Part shown: in pieces, positions 38,791 to 52,204 of the stretch | Numbering within the stretch: position 1 is the first letter of the stretch | How the letters are laid out: the number at the start of each line of letters is the position of its first letter | Assembly: GCF_006345805.1 (NCBI RefSeq) | Contig: NC_043008.1 | Span: forward strand, 17,112,001 to 17,176,000 | Direction of reading: 5' to 3' | Length of the DNA: 64,000 nt | Source: Octopus sinensis | Taxonomy: Eukaryota | Notes under the pieces: model-generated | The model's input: the letters and a program-made list of their open reading frames with translations, nothing else | What the model was told of the DNA's origin: nothing | Databases searched by the model: none | Program-made: the position numbers and the translations under genes

Positions 38791-39286
38791 ACTATATTCT
38801 CCTATATGTTTATAATATTTCACTTAGGTACAGGGAAAACTCAACGTACGTACGCTTCTAGACGAAGTGTTAGAAGATTACAGAGCATTACTAAAAAAAT
38901 GAGATTATAAAGGAATAAACGATTATCTATTTACTCTGCCTTGGCTTACAATTGTTTCTGCTCTAAAGATGATGTAGACTCATTGAGTGCCTGAGTAACC
39001 ACTTATAGCTTCAAATATGGAGCGTAATTTGTTTGGAAAAGAAAAGTCCACTGCATGACATAGCGGAAACAACTCTAAGCTAATGAACTTGACCATTTAC
39101 TCATTTATCATCGCATGTTTCTTAATATCCTTTGTGTCTACATCTTTAAAACAGTTTAGTGTGTTCTGAGGGTGTTCTGCTTGGTAATTAAAACCGGTTG
39201 AGTGATTGTTTACAATCTAAATTTTTCTGTTATTTTCTTTTTGTGACAAATTATTATTATTATTGTTATTATTATTATTATTATTA

Positions 39287-39346
<60 letters not shown>

Positions 39347-39365
39347 CATTACCATTATCGTTATT

Positions 39366-39443
<78 letters not shown>

Positions 39444-39467
39444 GTTGTTGTTGTTGTTATAATTATT

Positions 39468-39690
39468 GAGTGAGAGAGCAGTGCATGCTATCAAAGTGAC
39501 ACTGGGGTAAAATATACGAAGCCCAGCATACTCATAATGGCTACCCGTCTGATAAGGGTGCACCAGGCACATACATCACAACCATATGTGCCAGACATGT
39601 TGGTCTCATATCAAGATAAACAGCGCATGACCTTGCAGGTGGGGCCCAGTTATAATTTTTTATTCTGGTCGAGTAGCCCATTCCGCTCAA
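39468..39690 (-). mobile_element. 5'-truncated copy of the ~560-bp AAT-tailed repeat
   Basis: Matches 10390-10610. Confidence 0.85.
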
Positions 39691-40161
39691 TTTCAAACAG
39701 ACACAGGCACGCAGACTCACACACAGACATACATATATGTAACCTGGCATACTTATGTATGTATAGAGCTGCATATTTTTTTTTATATGTATGATTGCTT
39801 ATAATGCTGACCAAGTGAGCCTGTTGTATTTTGTTGTGTAATAGAGAATAGAGCCTATTAACTAACATAATTAATACGATCCGGCTTTTTGAAACGCGAG
39901 TAGATTATATAATGCATAAGTACCAGTTATGTTTCTTGCATTTCTTTCATGTACACTGCACGGACTAATCATACTTGCCTGTCTAGAGTTAAGGAAATTA
40001 TTCTCAATCAACATCAAGTATAGGAGTGGAATATTGAACATGCACACACCTTCTGGTAACGTGTCGCGCCTTCCTTCGAACAGAAGGAAGATGGAAACAT
40101 GACAATGCATAATTCAACTGAAATTGTTCTTGAATCCCTTTCCTCTTTTATATTATATATA

Positions 40162-40558
40162 CTAGCAGTATCGCCCGGCGTTGCTCGGGTTTGTAAGGGA
40201 GATAACTATAAAGCATTTTTAGAGAGTTATAGCCAAAAAAAAATAGCAAAAATATGCATTAAAAATGGAAAAAATATGATGGTAATTTTTTTGTTAAATC
40301 GTTGACTAATCGTAGACATTTTTAGAGAGTTACTTCCCTTATATTTAAAAAATATTCATTAAAATGGAAAAAAATGATGGTAACTTATTTTTAAAATCGT
40401 AGACTCATCGTAGACGCGCGCTAATACCCAGAAGGGCTTGATATGAATCACGACTATAAGATACCCGGTTTTGGTTAAACTGCACCACAAAATATGGGAG
40501 TAGTTAGGAATCTAAATCGGAGAAGACAGACACACAACCTTACTTTTATATATAAAGA
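40162..40558 (-). mobile_element. Non-autonomous Helitron, copy 2
   Basis: Reverse complement begins TCtttatata and ends cccgagcaacgccgggcgatactgCTAG; A/T flanks. Confidence 0.88.
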
Positions 40559-40562
40559 TATA

Positions 40563-40887
40563 TATCTTTTATTTGTTTGTCATTTGACTGCAGCCATGCA
40601 GGAGCACCACCTTTTAGTCGAGCAAATCGACCCCAGGATTTATTCTTTGGAAGCCTAGCACTTATTCTATCGGGCTCTCTTGCCGAACCACTAAGTGACG
40701 GGGACGTAAACACACCAGCATCGGTTGTCAAGCGATGTTAGCGGGACAAACATAGACACACAATCATATACATACACACTCACAAGGCTTTGGTGGGCTC
40801 GAAGCTATAGTTGAAGACACTTGCCCAAGGTGCAGTGGGACTGAACCCGGAACCATGTGGTTGGTAAGCAAGCTACTTACCACACAG

Positions 40888-40890
<3 letters not shown>
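40563..40890 (-). mobile_element. SINE family B with an internal deletion
   Basis: Reverse-complement match to 33928-34343. Confidence 0.85.
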
Positions 40891-40949
<59 letters not shown>

Positions 40950-41026
40950 ATATATATTATATATATATATATATATGTATATTATATGTATATATATATA
41001 TATATATACATATATATATGTATATG

Positions 41027-41057
<31 letters not shown>

Positions 41058-41527
41058 TAGGATTTTTGTATTTATATTTATTATGATATTGAGACTGTTA
41101 ACTTAGGTACCAAAATTTTAAAATACGTACTTGATTCGATATCACAGAATAAAATCCGGCAGCTTGTGCTCCACTATGCTCACAGCTAAATTACTGACAC
41201 AGTTAAATAAAAAAAAATTGAAAATATTATTAGCTACTGAAAAATAACGGAATGACTAGACTTGACAGATAACGTAGTCTTGCCTTGAAGCCAGCCAGCT
41301 ATTTATCAAAGCAGGAAATCTGTCAGCCAGCTAGCCAACCGGTGAGGGTACTGCCAATATCAGAGCTTCTGATGTGTGTGTGGTGAGAACAAACAACAAA
41401 CATAACAGAACGAAAAGAGAGAAAAAAATATGACAAAGAACAAACAAAAATCAAGCTCAACAGATCAATGATGTTGCATAATCACTCTTTGAAGAATAGT
41501 TATACAATATAATACCTACTGGTCTAG

Positions 41528-41597
41528 GAAGAATTTGAACTGAGGCCATCGATGGAGCCTGTATTGTACCAGGACACTGAGCGGCTAGAAATATCAA
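41528..41597 (+). CDS. Candidate small exon (EEFELRPSMEPVLYQDTERLEIS), unidentified
   Basis: Acceptor cctactggtctAG; two in-frame strong donors, GTAAGA (41598) and GTAAGT (41613). Confidence 0.25.
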
Positions 41598-41671
41598 GTA
41601 AGAGCGTTTCAAGTAAGTTCGAAACTTCGCAAACGGAAGGACAGATTTGAGTTTGTAATTCAAGATATACT

Positions 41672-41675
41672 ACTG

Positions 41676-41711
<36 letters not shown>

Positions 41712-42070
41712 TTGAATATATTCACCCGGGGTGGGTTGAGCTGGCTTCATTCATCCTCAATGCTGCATCTCTCACAAACGCTGACCAGACCTGGCGATTT
41801 CAGGCTAATGACCGCGTGATCTCCAACCACTCCTTATTCCAGCGGCGAACGCCGTAGATATGGGGGCCTAAGTTGGGTTCCAGATCAGCCTTGACTGTCG
41901 TCAGCCAGGTTTTTAGTTGTCCATCACATCGCTTTCGTCAGCCCTGAAGGGGAGCTGGGGCAATTGCTTCGTAGATGAATTCTCCTGGTTGACGACGGAG
42001 GGCATGACCCAGCCAACGAAGACGTCTCGTTAGGATGACTTGTCGGAGGGAGGTGATTCTGAATTCAAGA
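41672..42070 (-). mobile_element. RTE-clade LINE 3' end with (gta)n tail
   Basis: Minus frame RRLRWLGHALRRQPGEF...GQLKTWLTTVKADL...NRQVWSAFVRD shows the classic RTE ORF C-terminus; two internal stops. Confidence 0.9.
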
Positions 42071-42114
42071 CATGGTAAATAGGATACTTATAATATAGCA
42101 CGTATTGATTTTAA

Positions 42115-42320
42115 ATTTTTGCACAAAGCCAGCAATTTTCCGGAGAGGATGTAACTCGATTACATCGACCGCCGCTGTTCAAATAGTATCTATTTTATCG
42201 ACCTCAAAATGAAGAAAGGCAAAGCGACCTTGGTGAAATTCGAACTTAGAATGTAAAGACGGACAAAATGCTGCTGAACATTTTTCTCAACGTGCCAAAT
42301 ATTCTGCCAGCTCACCACTT
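42115..42320 (-). mobile_element. SINE family A (tail variant 1)
   Basis: tttgcacaaagccagcaatt ... attctgccagctcaccac. Confidence 0.8.
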
Positions 42321-42879
42321 TTATAACATAGCATATATTAAACCTATCTCGTTCATTATTTTCTTATTTGTCTCTGTTTCTCAATGTTGAATTATCCTCA
42401 TTATATACGGATATATTCGGATTAGTGTTCTTATCTTAGTTATAGTTACAACGTTTAACTGTTTTATCTAGTTAGCTGCCAATATCAATCATCCACTGCC
42501 CGACTTGTTCAGCTGTCTGGTGTATTAAATAACGACTGGAACCGAATACTTTTTTCTATGCATTGTAAGACATATAGGGCAATACAGTTCCAGGTGAAGC
42601 ATGTAATTATGAACAACAGTGTTTCACAGACAAATGTTATTGTCCCTGGATGCATGAAAGATGTAAAAGGTCAGAGTGGGACTGGAAACCACGGCATATG
42701 AAATGATAAACAGATTACTGGAACGACATATTGACAGAAACCTGAAACGTTTTTAAACCTATTCGATCAGAGCTGCTCAGCGAAAATGATCCCGATATGT
42801 ATAAGAAAAGAGGGTGTAAGCAAATCCCTAGAAATTAAAAGGAATTTGAACAGATATCCAAAATTAATAAATGTCGATA

Positions 42880-43103
42880 TACGAGGGAGTACTGAAAAGT
42901 TTCTGGTTCTAAGGATATCGCGAAAGGCCTGGCTGCAGGCCTAACCTTCCGAGTCCTTTTACATGGATTCGAAAAACTGAAGGAGCGCTGTAATAAGTGT
43001 GTGTATCAGTGGGGAATATATTGAGTAAAATCATAATTAATTGAAACCCCTGTATTTTCTTTTAACCAAAGCTAAGAACTTTTAAGCCCCTCCCCCACTC
43101 GTA
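42880..43103 (+). mobile_element. mariner internal-deletion derivative (MITE-like)
   Basis: TA-cgagggagtactgaaaagt left end and ...ccactcg-TA right end; retains GFEKLKERCNKCV from the transposase C-terminus. Confidence 0.8.
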
Positions 43104-44074
43104 TATGTAACAGATCATTTCTGACCTTGTAAACCAATAATCAAATATGTTCCTGCTATGACCGGTCTGTCATTTTTTAGTCATTAAGATTTCATTTGTG
43201 CGACAGATCCTTTGACTTCGATGGAGGATTCTAATAGTGATATTTGTTATAGATTACTCAAGATAACTTTCTAATGCTTTCTACTTTCTTTTACACGCAT
43301 ATATATGTGCACATACAGACGTATACTATATAATACTATAAATATATAAAGTTTATATATTTTTGGCATGCTTAAACAAAAAATAAAAATAGCGATCAGC
43401 TGGATAATATTCAATCGTCTTTAGGGATTTCATTAGCGACGGAATACCTGAACAAATTTTTCACAGAAACATTGCTTAAAGACTCATAATTAAAAAGGGC
43501 TTTACTAGTTTACTTATAGAATATCTATTTCTGTCACCCTCTCTCTCAATACTGCGAAACATTCCAATCCATACTAACAGCAAATTGAATATTGTATATT
43601 GTTACTTTTCTAATATTTTTAATGCAGTTTTTTAGCAGTGTGGGCGAAACCGACATTAATTAAATGAGAAAATATCAAAAAATGTTAGTACAATACAAAG
43701 TACAACACAAAATAGTTTTACTGTTTAGTTTATAATTTTATGTTTCCCAGTATTGGGAGATAGGGTAACGGAGATAGGTATTTTCAAAGATACTACAGAA
43801 GTAGAAAGATAGACGAACAGAAGGGGGACAAAAGAACAAATAGATAAAGAGATTGTCAGATTGGTAAATAGAGAAAGAGAGAGAGGCGTGGAATGAAAGA
43901 GAGCAAAGAGGGAAATATATTCAATTTAACTGACGAATAACTGTAGGCAGAGCTTTCTTTCTGGATAATTTCTTATTGTTGAATTGCGTTGTGAGTGCTC
44001 ACGGGTTTGAAAATCAATCCTCGAACGTGCTATTCGTTTGTTATCGTATCGAGAACTGGTTAGCTATATTGTGT

Positions 44075-44375
44075 TACTATGCAGAGAAACATTTTATGCT
44101 TTCTGGATCCAGCTGACGCTGACTGTTGAAAGTAAGCTTTAAGATTTTAAGGTGAAGTGCTTCCGTTATCCGAATGTTTACCGCGTCTTTGTTTTCTGGT
44201 TAAGATCTCTGTCGATATGCTTTCTTCAAATGTTAGTCTGTGTTGGAACATTGCACTAGAAGTTAAAGCTTTGTCGAAATGCTCAGAAATCCTTTGAAGA
44301 AGTTGTCGTTTTATAGGCCCTGTGTAGCTTGTTCTGCTTGTACATCTACGTTTGTGTAACGTTAATGTTCCAGCA
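44075..44375 (-). mobile_element. Penelope-like GIY-YIG endonuclease remnant
   Basis: RCTSRTSYTGPIKRQLLQRISEH...SSAMFQH, then after a frameshift VNIRITEALHLKILKLTFNSQ. Confidence 0.75.
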
Positions 44376-44721
44376 AATCGACCGGACGTTCTCTGATCTC
44401 ATTCAACTGCATCTAAGAGAGCATGTTTTCTCTGTGTTGTTGTTGCTGTCGTTGCTGTATGACAGATATCGTCTAAGGATGTAACCACATCATGTGGTTC
44501 TAACAAAAGACACAAGCTCTTAATACAGTTTCTCAAACAGTTTTCAGTTTTTCTTCTCATGTATAGCAGATAGAGAAACACCGAATTTTTCTTACATTTT
44601 ATTTCTACTTTCTGCTTCACTCTCTTTGTTTCTTTACATTCTTTTTCTTCTTTATTGTATTTTTTTCTCCTTGTACCTCTACTGCAATATTTACTGTGCT
44701 GTCCACAATATTGCCATTCAC

Positions 44722-45042
44722 CTGTTTGTGTCAGGCTCAGATCATCTGTGACATCTGCTATTTTTGTCGTTGTTGCAAACATAAAGTTCTGAGGGCTCAA
44801 TGCACCTGCTTGAATCCTTATAGGATCCATGAACCCTCGTACTCCCCCATCATTTCATACTGCATTGTACACTCGCTTCACAAAATATTGAACACTGCCT
44901 CCTTCGGACAGCATTTCACCTAAATGCATCATTACCGAATAAGCAAATGGATCCTCGCTAAATCTGTCCAAACAGGGGGCCAGTTCTTTTCGGTACTTTA
45001 GGCTGCATTGGTATGCAGGATCCAAATGAAGAAAAACCACAA
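44722..45042 (-). pseudogene. Candidate 321-nt phase 1-1 exon with one in-frame TGA, unidentified
   Basis: ORFs 44855-45091 and 44399-44830 are in the same frame, separated by a single TGA. Acceptor gacataatAG, donor GTGAAT. Confidence 0.3.
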
Positions 45043-45286
45043 CTATTATGTCAAAAAATTGAATGTCAGCTTTTCCTGAAGCGGTGAACACTTAAAATGG
45101 AGCTGATTTTGAAATCCCTCCGTTGCAAGGAGGTTGGTGTTAAATTTCATATACGTGTGGAGGGTGTTAATGCTTCGTTATATTTATGGCAATGTCCCCG
45201 GAATGTACAATGCCTTAGATGGGTGGGTGCCGCTTCTTAGTGTGTGCATCTTAGTAGACACTTGCGATGAATGAGTTATACACCAA

Positions 45287-45342
45287 CTAGAAGCAAGCAC
45301 CCAAGAATGCCCACGTGGGCATTTTTGTGTGCTTGCTTCTGG
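45287..45342. repeat. 56-bp near-perfect palindrome
   Basis: ctagaagcaagcacccaagaatgcccac|gtgggcatttttgtgtgcttgcttctgg; 3 mismatches. Confidence 0.9.
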
Positions 45343-45488
45343 AGATAATCCTGCACCGATTCTTCCACAAATGTTCGACTCTATTTGGTGGAGGTGGTGG
45401 TGGTAGTAGTGGTGGTCATACATATATACATATATACATATATATAATGATAAATCTCAGAGCGAGTTATAAACAGTAGCAGCAAAAC

Positions 45489-45712
45489 ATCGTGACATAT
45501 ATTTGCCATTTCAATATGGCTAACCCTGAAACTCGAGTCCGTGTGTATCATAAGTTGAAGACGGGAAGGATGGCTTCCCTTTGCAGATACTGATAGGGCA
45601 CAGAAAGTGTGTCTATAGCCAGCTGGAGGAGGTGTCCTCCTGGGGTTACAAACTACAGTAGCATCCACCCTTAGGGGTTAGCCATATTCAAATAGCAAAT
45701 ATACGTCACGAT
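45489..45712. mobile_element. MITE with ~39-bp TIRs
   Basis: atcgtgacatatatttgccatttcaatatggctaaccc pairs with gggttagccatattcaaatagcaaatatacgtcacgat. Confidence 0.8.
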
Positions 45713-45807
45713 ACATATATATAAATTTATAAATATGTATTATGATAGATAGATGTATAAATAGATACGTAGATATACATATATATGTATGCGTGTATGT
45801 GTGTATT

Positions 45808-45838
<31 letters not shown>

Positions 45839-46369
45839 GCATATATAGGTAAAGAAATAGATAGATACACACACGCATACACACATATATATCGGGTAAC
45901 ATCACTACCCGTAAGAGAGCTTAACAATTGGAAATGCAGGAGCAATCACACAGACACGCTTACACGTACACACACACATGCAATAAATCTGCGTGTATGC
46001 TTGTATATTTGTGTGTGTGTGTATGAAGATACTCTCGCTGATATTTAATATATGTATATACACACATTTATATAAACGTGTGCATGTATGCATATATGTA
46101 TACATAAATGTGTGAGCGTGTTTGTACGCGCGCATGCGTGCGTGTAAGATGATCGTAGATTAATAGTAAATCACAAGTGAGACGGGAGGAGAGGTTGGTG
46201 GAAATATTTTTAAAGAAATGGCATATCTGAATGTGCCAAACAGTGTATACTTTAATAACGAGATTCCGTTAATTTCCGGACTTATCTCCACTTTCATCAT
46301 GTTTTGCATTTTCTGCAACTACAGAACTAAACGATCGATTCCAATACAACGGTCTAATTAACAAGATTT

Positions 46370-46374
46370 TGTTT

Positions 46375-46409
<35 letters not shown>

Positions 46410-46546
46410 GAATGTGTGGTTTGTGTTGTTGTTGTTGCCGTTCTTCTTCTTCTCCTTCTTCTTCTTCTTCTTCTTCTCTTCTTCTTCTTCTTCTTCTTCT
46501 TCTTGTGGACATCGTCACCAGTTGCCATCACCATCATCACCACCAC

Positions 46547-46589
<43 letters not shown>

Positions 46590-47250
46590 TTCGTCGTCGT
46601 CGTCGTCGTCGTCATCATCATCATCATCATCATCATTATCATCATCATCATCATCATCACCATCATCACCATCATCATCATCATCACCATCACCATCATC
46701 ATCATCATCATCATCATAATCATCATCATCCTCTTCATCACCATCAACAACAGCAACGTTGTCATCGTCATTATCATTATCATCATCATCATCTTCATCA
46801 TCTTCATCATTATCATCATCGTTGTCGTCGTCACTGTCATCTTCCTCATCATCGTCATTATCATCATCATCATCATCATGATCATCATCATCATGGTCAT
46901 CATCTCCAACATAATCGTCGTCGTCTTCGTCATCATAATTATCGGCTTTATCATCTTCTCCTCGACCGCCGCCACCACCATCATTGTGATCCTCATCCTC
47001 CATCCTCATTGTCACCAATTGTGCTCGTCGTCACCATCATCATCATCATCATCATCTTTGTCTTCGCTATCCACTACAACTACTAAATAGCAGTCGTCGT
47101 CGTTTCAGTATTAGTAGTAGTAGTAGTATCAGCATAGCAGCAGCAGCAGTAGTAATGGCAGTAGTAGTAGCAGTTGTAGTAGTAGTTGTAGCAGTAGTAG
47201 TAGTAGCAGTAGTAGTAGTAGCAGCAGCAGCAGCAGCAATATTAGTAGTA
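46370..47250. repeat. Compound microsatellite (ttg/ttc/cat/cgt/tag/cag)
   Basis: Directly visible; source of the poly-H/D/I/M ORFs. Confidence 0.95.
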
Positions 47251-48411
47251 GTTTTACTTTTCCACTCCATATCTTCTCCTCGTCCTTATCTTTTTCTCTT
47301 TCTCCTCTTCTCCTTCTCCCCCCCCTTTTCCTTCTCCGCCATTTCCTTCTTTGTTTTCATAAAGACGCTCATCCTGCAAATAAACACACAACAGCCATAC
47401 GCACACACCCACACATACGCATTTCTCTCAGGCATACATACAACAGACACGCTGATACACGCATACATATAAGCACTCAGAGTCGCACAGAAATACAGAA
47501 ACACATACACAACAGCATATTCGCATCTGTGCACATAGACACGCACGTATACATATACATACAGACACGTACGCATTTACACAGACACAAACATATTCAC
47601 GCACATAAACAGTTAATAGCGACTCGTGTTTGTCTGAAGACCGTATAAAACGGACACTAAATTCTTGTATATAAGAATCTAGTACAAATTTTGACATCTT
47701 AATAGAATAACAGCCTCGGTTTCATACGAAACAAAAACCAACACGAGAATATTAAAACAAAGCGACGCCATGTTTTGTACAACATTTGATCTCGTTCTCA
47801 TCTCAAACTAACAACAATGGTATTATTGTGTATATATCCCTCATCAACTATAATCTATGTCACATAACTTACTTTCGGTACGCGCTTCTTACTTGTAACG
47901 AATAATTTTAAAACAGACTGTCAGTAAAGTGATTAATAATCCTGTTGAATGGATTTTAATCTTTACACATGATGTGATAGGAAATCTTCGTTTGCTTTTG
48001 TCGTTGACTTTGCTCTTTTATGTCTCTATGCGTTACATAGTGTAACTAATGTGTAAATAGATTTAGTATTTCTTTAGAAACGTCTTTATTTTAGATACTT
48101 TACCATTTCTACGTTGTGTCTATAGGAACGTATATATGAGCAAACATATTTGCTCTTTCTGGTTATATTATTTTAGTTATACAAATTATTCCAACGATAA
48201 TGTAGATGATTTCTTTCAACAAAAGAAAGTTCCACCACTGGAATTTTCAGGAGGGCAACGATAAATGTTATGTGTTAAGTTTTAGAAATATTTTGTATAT
48301 CTTCATTAAAATTTTTATATTTTATTCGTTAGCTGGACATGGTGTATGCCAAAAATTCCTAGTCTTTTTTCAATTGCAAAATTGATAACAGAGTGAAGTG
48401 CACAATTATTG

Positions 48412-48805
48412 GTAGCTGGCAAAATGTTTAGCGGTATTTCGTCTGCCGCTATGTTCTGAGTTCAAATTCCACCGAGGTCGACTTTGCCTTTCATCCCTTC
48501 GGGGTCAATTAAATAAGTACCAGTTACGCACTGGGGTCGATATAATCGACTTAATCCGTTTGTCTGTCCTTGTTTGTCCTCTCTGTGTTTAGCCCCTTGT
48601 GGGTAATAAAGAAACAGGTAATTCGTCTGCTGCTACGTTCTGAGTTCAAATTCCGCCGAGGTCGACTTTGCCTTTCATCCTTTCAGGGTCGATTAAATAA
48701 GTACCAGTTACGCACTGGGGTGAATGTAATCGACTTAATCCGTTTGTCTGTCCTTGTTTGTCCTCTCTGTGTCTAGCCTGTTGTGGGTAGTAAAGAAATA
48801 GGTAT
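48412..48805 (+). mobile_element. SINE family A head-to-tail dimer
   Basis: The second unit begins after aaagaaacag|gtaattcgtctg. Confidence 0.9.
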
Positions 48806-48961
48806 AAGTGAGACTCAATAATTAGAGAAGAGAATCTACGGGTTTCGTTAAAGTTATCCGTAGCTATTACATTTCTTTTAAATTTGCAAAAAACGCACAT
48901 CTTTAAGGAAGCTGACCTCTTTGGATGTACATGGGTTTCTTTTCTATCATGAACAAACATA

Positions 48962-49188
48962 TATTTCTTTACTGCCCACAAGGGGCTAAACATAGAGCGG
49001 ATAAACAAGGACAGATGAAGGGATTGAGTCGATTATATCGCCCCCAGTGCGTAACTGGTACTTTATTTATCGACCCCGAAAGGATGAAAGGCAAAGTTGA
49101 CCTCGGCGGAATTTGAACTCAGAACGTAACGATAGACGAAATACCACTAAGCATTTCGCCCGGCGCGCTAACGTGTCTGCCAGCTCGA
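48962..49188 (-). mobile_element. SINE family A monomer
   Basis: tatttctttactgcccacaagggg ... ctgccagctcg. Confidence 0.9.
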
Positions 49189-49535
49189 GGGGTGTTTTGT
49201 CTGTACTTGACAGATATTTTGATGGAAATGTTTTACCATTACTATATGGGTTACTATATATATTTTCAAAAACAACAGCAGTTTTTTTTTTTATTTATTG
49301 TAAATCTCTTTTCCTGTCCCCAACAAATCCAAAATAATGTTGTGACAGGAAGTAACTATTTGAAAAGACATTTAGCTGCCGCTCCTTGCCTTTGTATGTG
49401 TATGTATGTGCGTGTACGGACAAGTGTGTATATATATATATATATCTTTACGCGTACACTAAGATACATGGATATATACATACACATAAACACACGCAAA
49501 TATAATGTATGTATGTATATATGTGTATATATATG

Positions 49536-49638
<103 letters not shown>

Positions 49639-49657
49639 ATATATATATATGTTTGTG

Positions 49658-49754
<97 letters not shown>

Positions 49755-49756
49755 CA

Positions 49757-50743
49757 TACGAGGAGAGTATGAAAAGTTTTCAGCCTAACCTAGAAACAGG
49801 GCTGCTAGTTAGCTCAAACAATTTCTTCTGGTAAGTACTTTCTTTTCGGAGTATTCTGATATTTTAGTTTTTTTTTTTTTTTGCTGTAGATTTTTGAATA
49901 AACAAGTGTCGAGGTTACAAGGAAAATGGAGAAAACTGTGTGTCATGCTGTCATAAAATACCTTCATTTGAAAGGCATGACTCAATCAGAAATCTATGAA
50001 GATATGGTGAGAACCTCAACAGACGATGTCCCTTCATATGCAACAGTCAAATGCTGAGTAAATGGATTCCAGCGTAGCAGGGAGTGTGTGGAATATGATC
50101 CCAGACCAGAGAGACCTTCAACTGCAACCACCGAGGACAACACTGACCTTGCTCTTGATATGATAATGGAAGATCGTTGAATATCATGTCGTCAAACAAC
50201 CAAGAGACTGGGCATCTCAACTGAAAGAGCAAGCAAAAGAACTTGGTTTCTCAAAGATTTCCGCAAGGTGGGACCCTCGCCTTTTGGTCCCTGAACAGAA
50301 ACGCACCAAGTGCACTTTGTCCACGATCAGTCTGGAACTGTTTGAAGCCGATGAAGAGACATTTCTTGCACGTTTCATTACAATGGACGAAAGTTGGGTT
50401 CATCACTACCAGCCTGAAACCAAATAACAATCAAAGCAGTGGAAGCACACATTTTCTCCTACCTCAAAGAATGCCAGGACCATTCCTTCAGCTGGCAAGG
50501 TCATGGCGTCAGTTTTTTGGGATTCTCAAGGTGTCTTGCTGATCGATAAACCTTGAAAAGGGTCATACCCTGACAGGGCTGTATTATTCTCAGCTACTGA
50601 AACGCCTCCGAGAAGCAATCAAAGAAAAAAGGTCGGCAATGCTCACCAGAGGAGTCCTTTTTTCATCAGGACGATGCTCCAGCCCATGCCCCAGTACTTG
50701 CCATGGCAACAATTCGTGATGGTGTATATGAACTTGTTACCCC
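49757..50743 (+). mobile_element. mariner transposon, 3'-truncated, with a transposase pseudogene from ATG 49926
   Basis: Left TIR TA-cgaggagagtatgaaaagt. Translation MEKTVCHAVIKYLHLKG...ITMDESWVHHYQPETK...AGKVMASVFWD...HQDDAPAH has stops and frameshifts; the third catalytic D is lost. Confidence 0.93.
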
Positions 50744-51034
50744 AATTTAGTTATTTTCATGAGAAGGCAACGTAATGTATATGATTGTATTATATATGGA
50801 TGGTCGGATGGATAGGTGGATGAGTACATGGTTGTGTGGTTGGCTGGAATGCTGCATACCTGATTGCGGAGGAATCATGGCCGAACTGTTAAGAAATTCG
50901 ATTTGCATTCATAAAATTATGGATACACTCGTACTGCGTGGAATTTTGTGGAAGTATGTTTTTCTGGGCTTTTTTTCTCAACTATAACCATTTGTTCATT
51001 TAATACTTTTGATAGGAAAAGGCTAGAAAGAGAG

Positions 51035-51200
51035 AGAGAGAGAGAGGGAGATAGAAGATAGAGAGGGAGAGGGATAGAGAAAGAGAGAACGAGTGGGAGA
51101 AGGTAAGAGAGAAAGAGAGAGAGAGAGGGAGATAGAAGATAGAGAGGGAGAGGGATAGAGAAAGAGAGAACGAGTGGGAGAAGGTAAGAGAGAAAGAGAG
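51035..51200. repeat. GA-rich 81-bp tandem duplication
   Basis: gggagatagaagatagagagggagagggatag at 51046 and 51127. Confidence 0.9.
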
Positions 51201-52204
51201 AGAAGGAGATAGTGAGACAGGTGGACAGAGAGAATAATTTACAGGTATGTTTCTTACGAATCCCCGATAAGATGAATAACAAATTTGATATCAGTAGGAT
51301 TGGAAACTAGAGTGAAGAACAAAATTAAAGAGGAAATTGTATCCAATGAACGGTCGACTGTACCAATTAGCTAATATTACGTAAGTTAGTTAAATTAATA
51401 TAAGATAGTATAGAATCCTCTGATATGAATTTCGTCAAAGAGCCGAACACATAATTAAATACCTTATGATATTTATTTCCAACCAATAATCAATGGTATT
51501 CTTTGATATAACGTTTATTACATTTTCCAGGAAGAGTGATGGAATGAAATTTAGTGACTCAATATATAGGATACCATAGTATGATATGAAGGGGCCTGTC
51601 TATTGCGTGATCTAAATATTGTATATAATCTATAGATTAAATCGACTTGATCATTTGTAACTTTAAAAGGACTATAGCAGTTTGACGCAGAGAGAGAGAT
51701 GATAGTCGAAGTATAACGCTAAGATTTGAAACTCAGCAGTGAAACCTGACAGTAACTTACAACATATAGTTATAGCTAGTCACAAATTTAAACTCGATAA
51801 ATTCACAATTATAGATTACCATCAAAGGAACCAGTGTGGTAATCTAATTTACTAAGCAATAAATTTTTGAGATCCAAATCTATGGTTACTGGAATCAATT
51901 ACCAAATTAATAATGGTTAAAGATCTGTAGGCTTAGCCATGTGGTTAAGGAATTCTCTTCGCAACTGTAAGGTGTTTGGGATTGATTTCATTATATGGTA
52001 AAGGAAGAAAGTGTCTTGTCCCCAAAATTACTCTCTCAGTTACCAGCATTTTAAAAGTAAAAATTTAGTATACAATAGAATAGTGTATGCATGTGTGCAT
52101 GTATTAATGTATGTATGCATTTATATATGCATGAATGCATGTTTTATGTATGTAGGTTATGTGAATATATAAACATATATATTTATATGTATGTATGTAT
52201 GTAT

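Noticed and set aside
38828-38902. GTGKT P-loop, or a terminal exon VQGKLNVRTLLDEVLEDYRALLKK*
   Set aside because: The match is too short, the downstream residues do not fit an NTPase fold, and no linked upstream exon was found.
44855-44857. In-frame TGA as selenocysteine
   Set aside because: The context AV*ND matches no selenoprotein motif I know, and I saw no SECIS element; TGG to TGA decay or a sequence error is simpler.
47628-47662. CTGAAGA ccgt ataaa acgg as a hammerhead
   Set aside because: The GAAA half of the core is missing.
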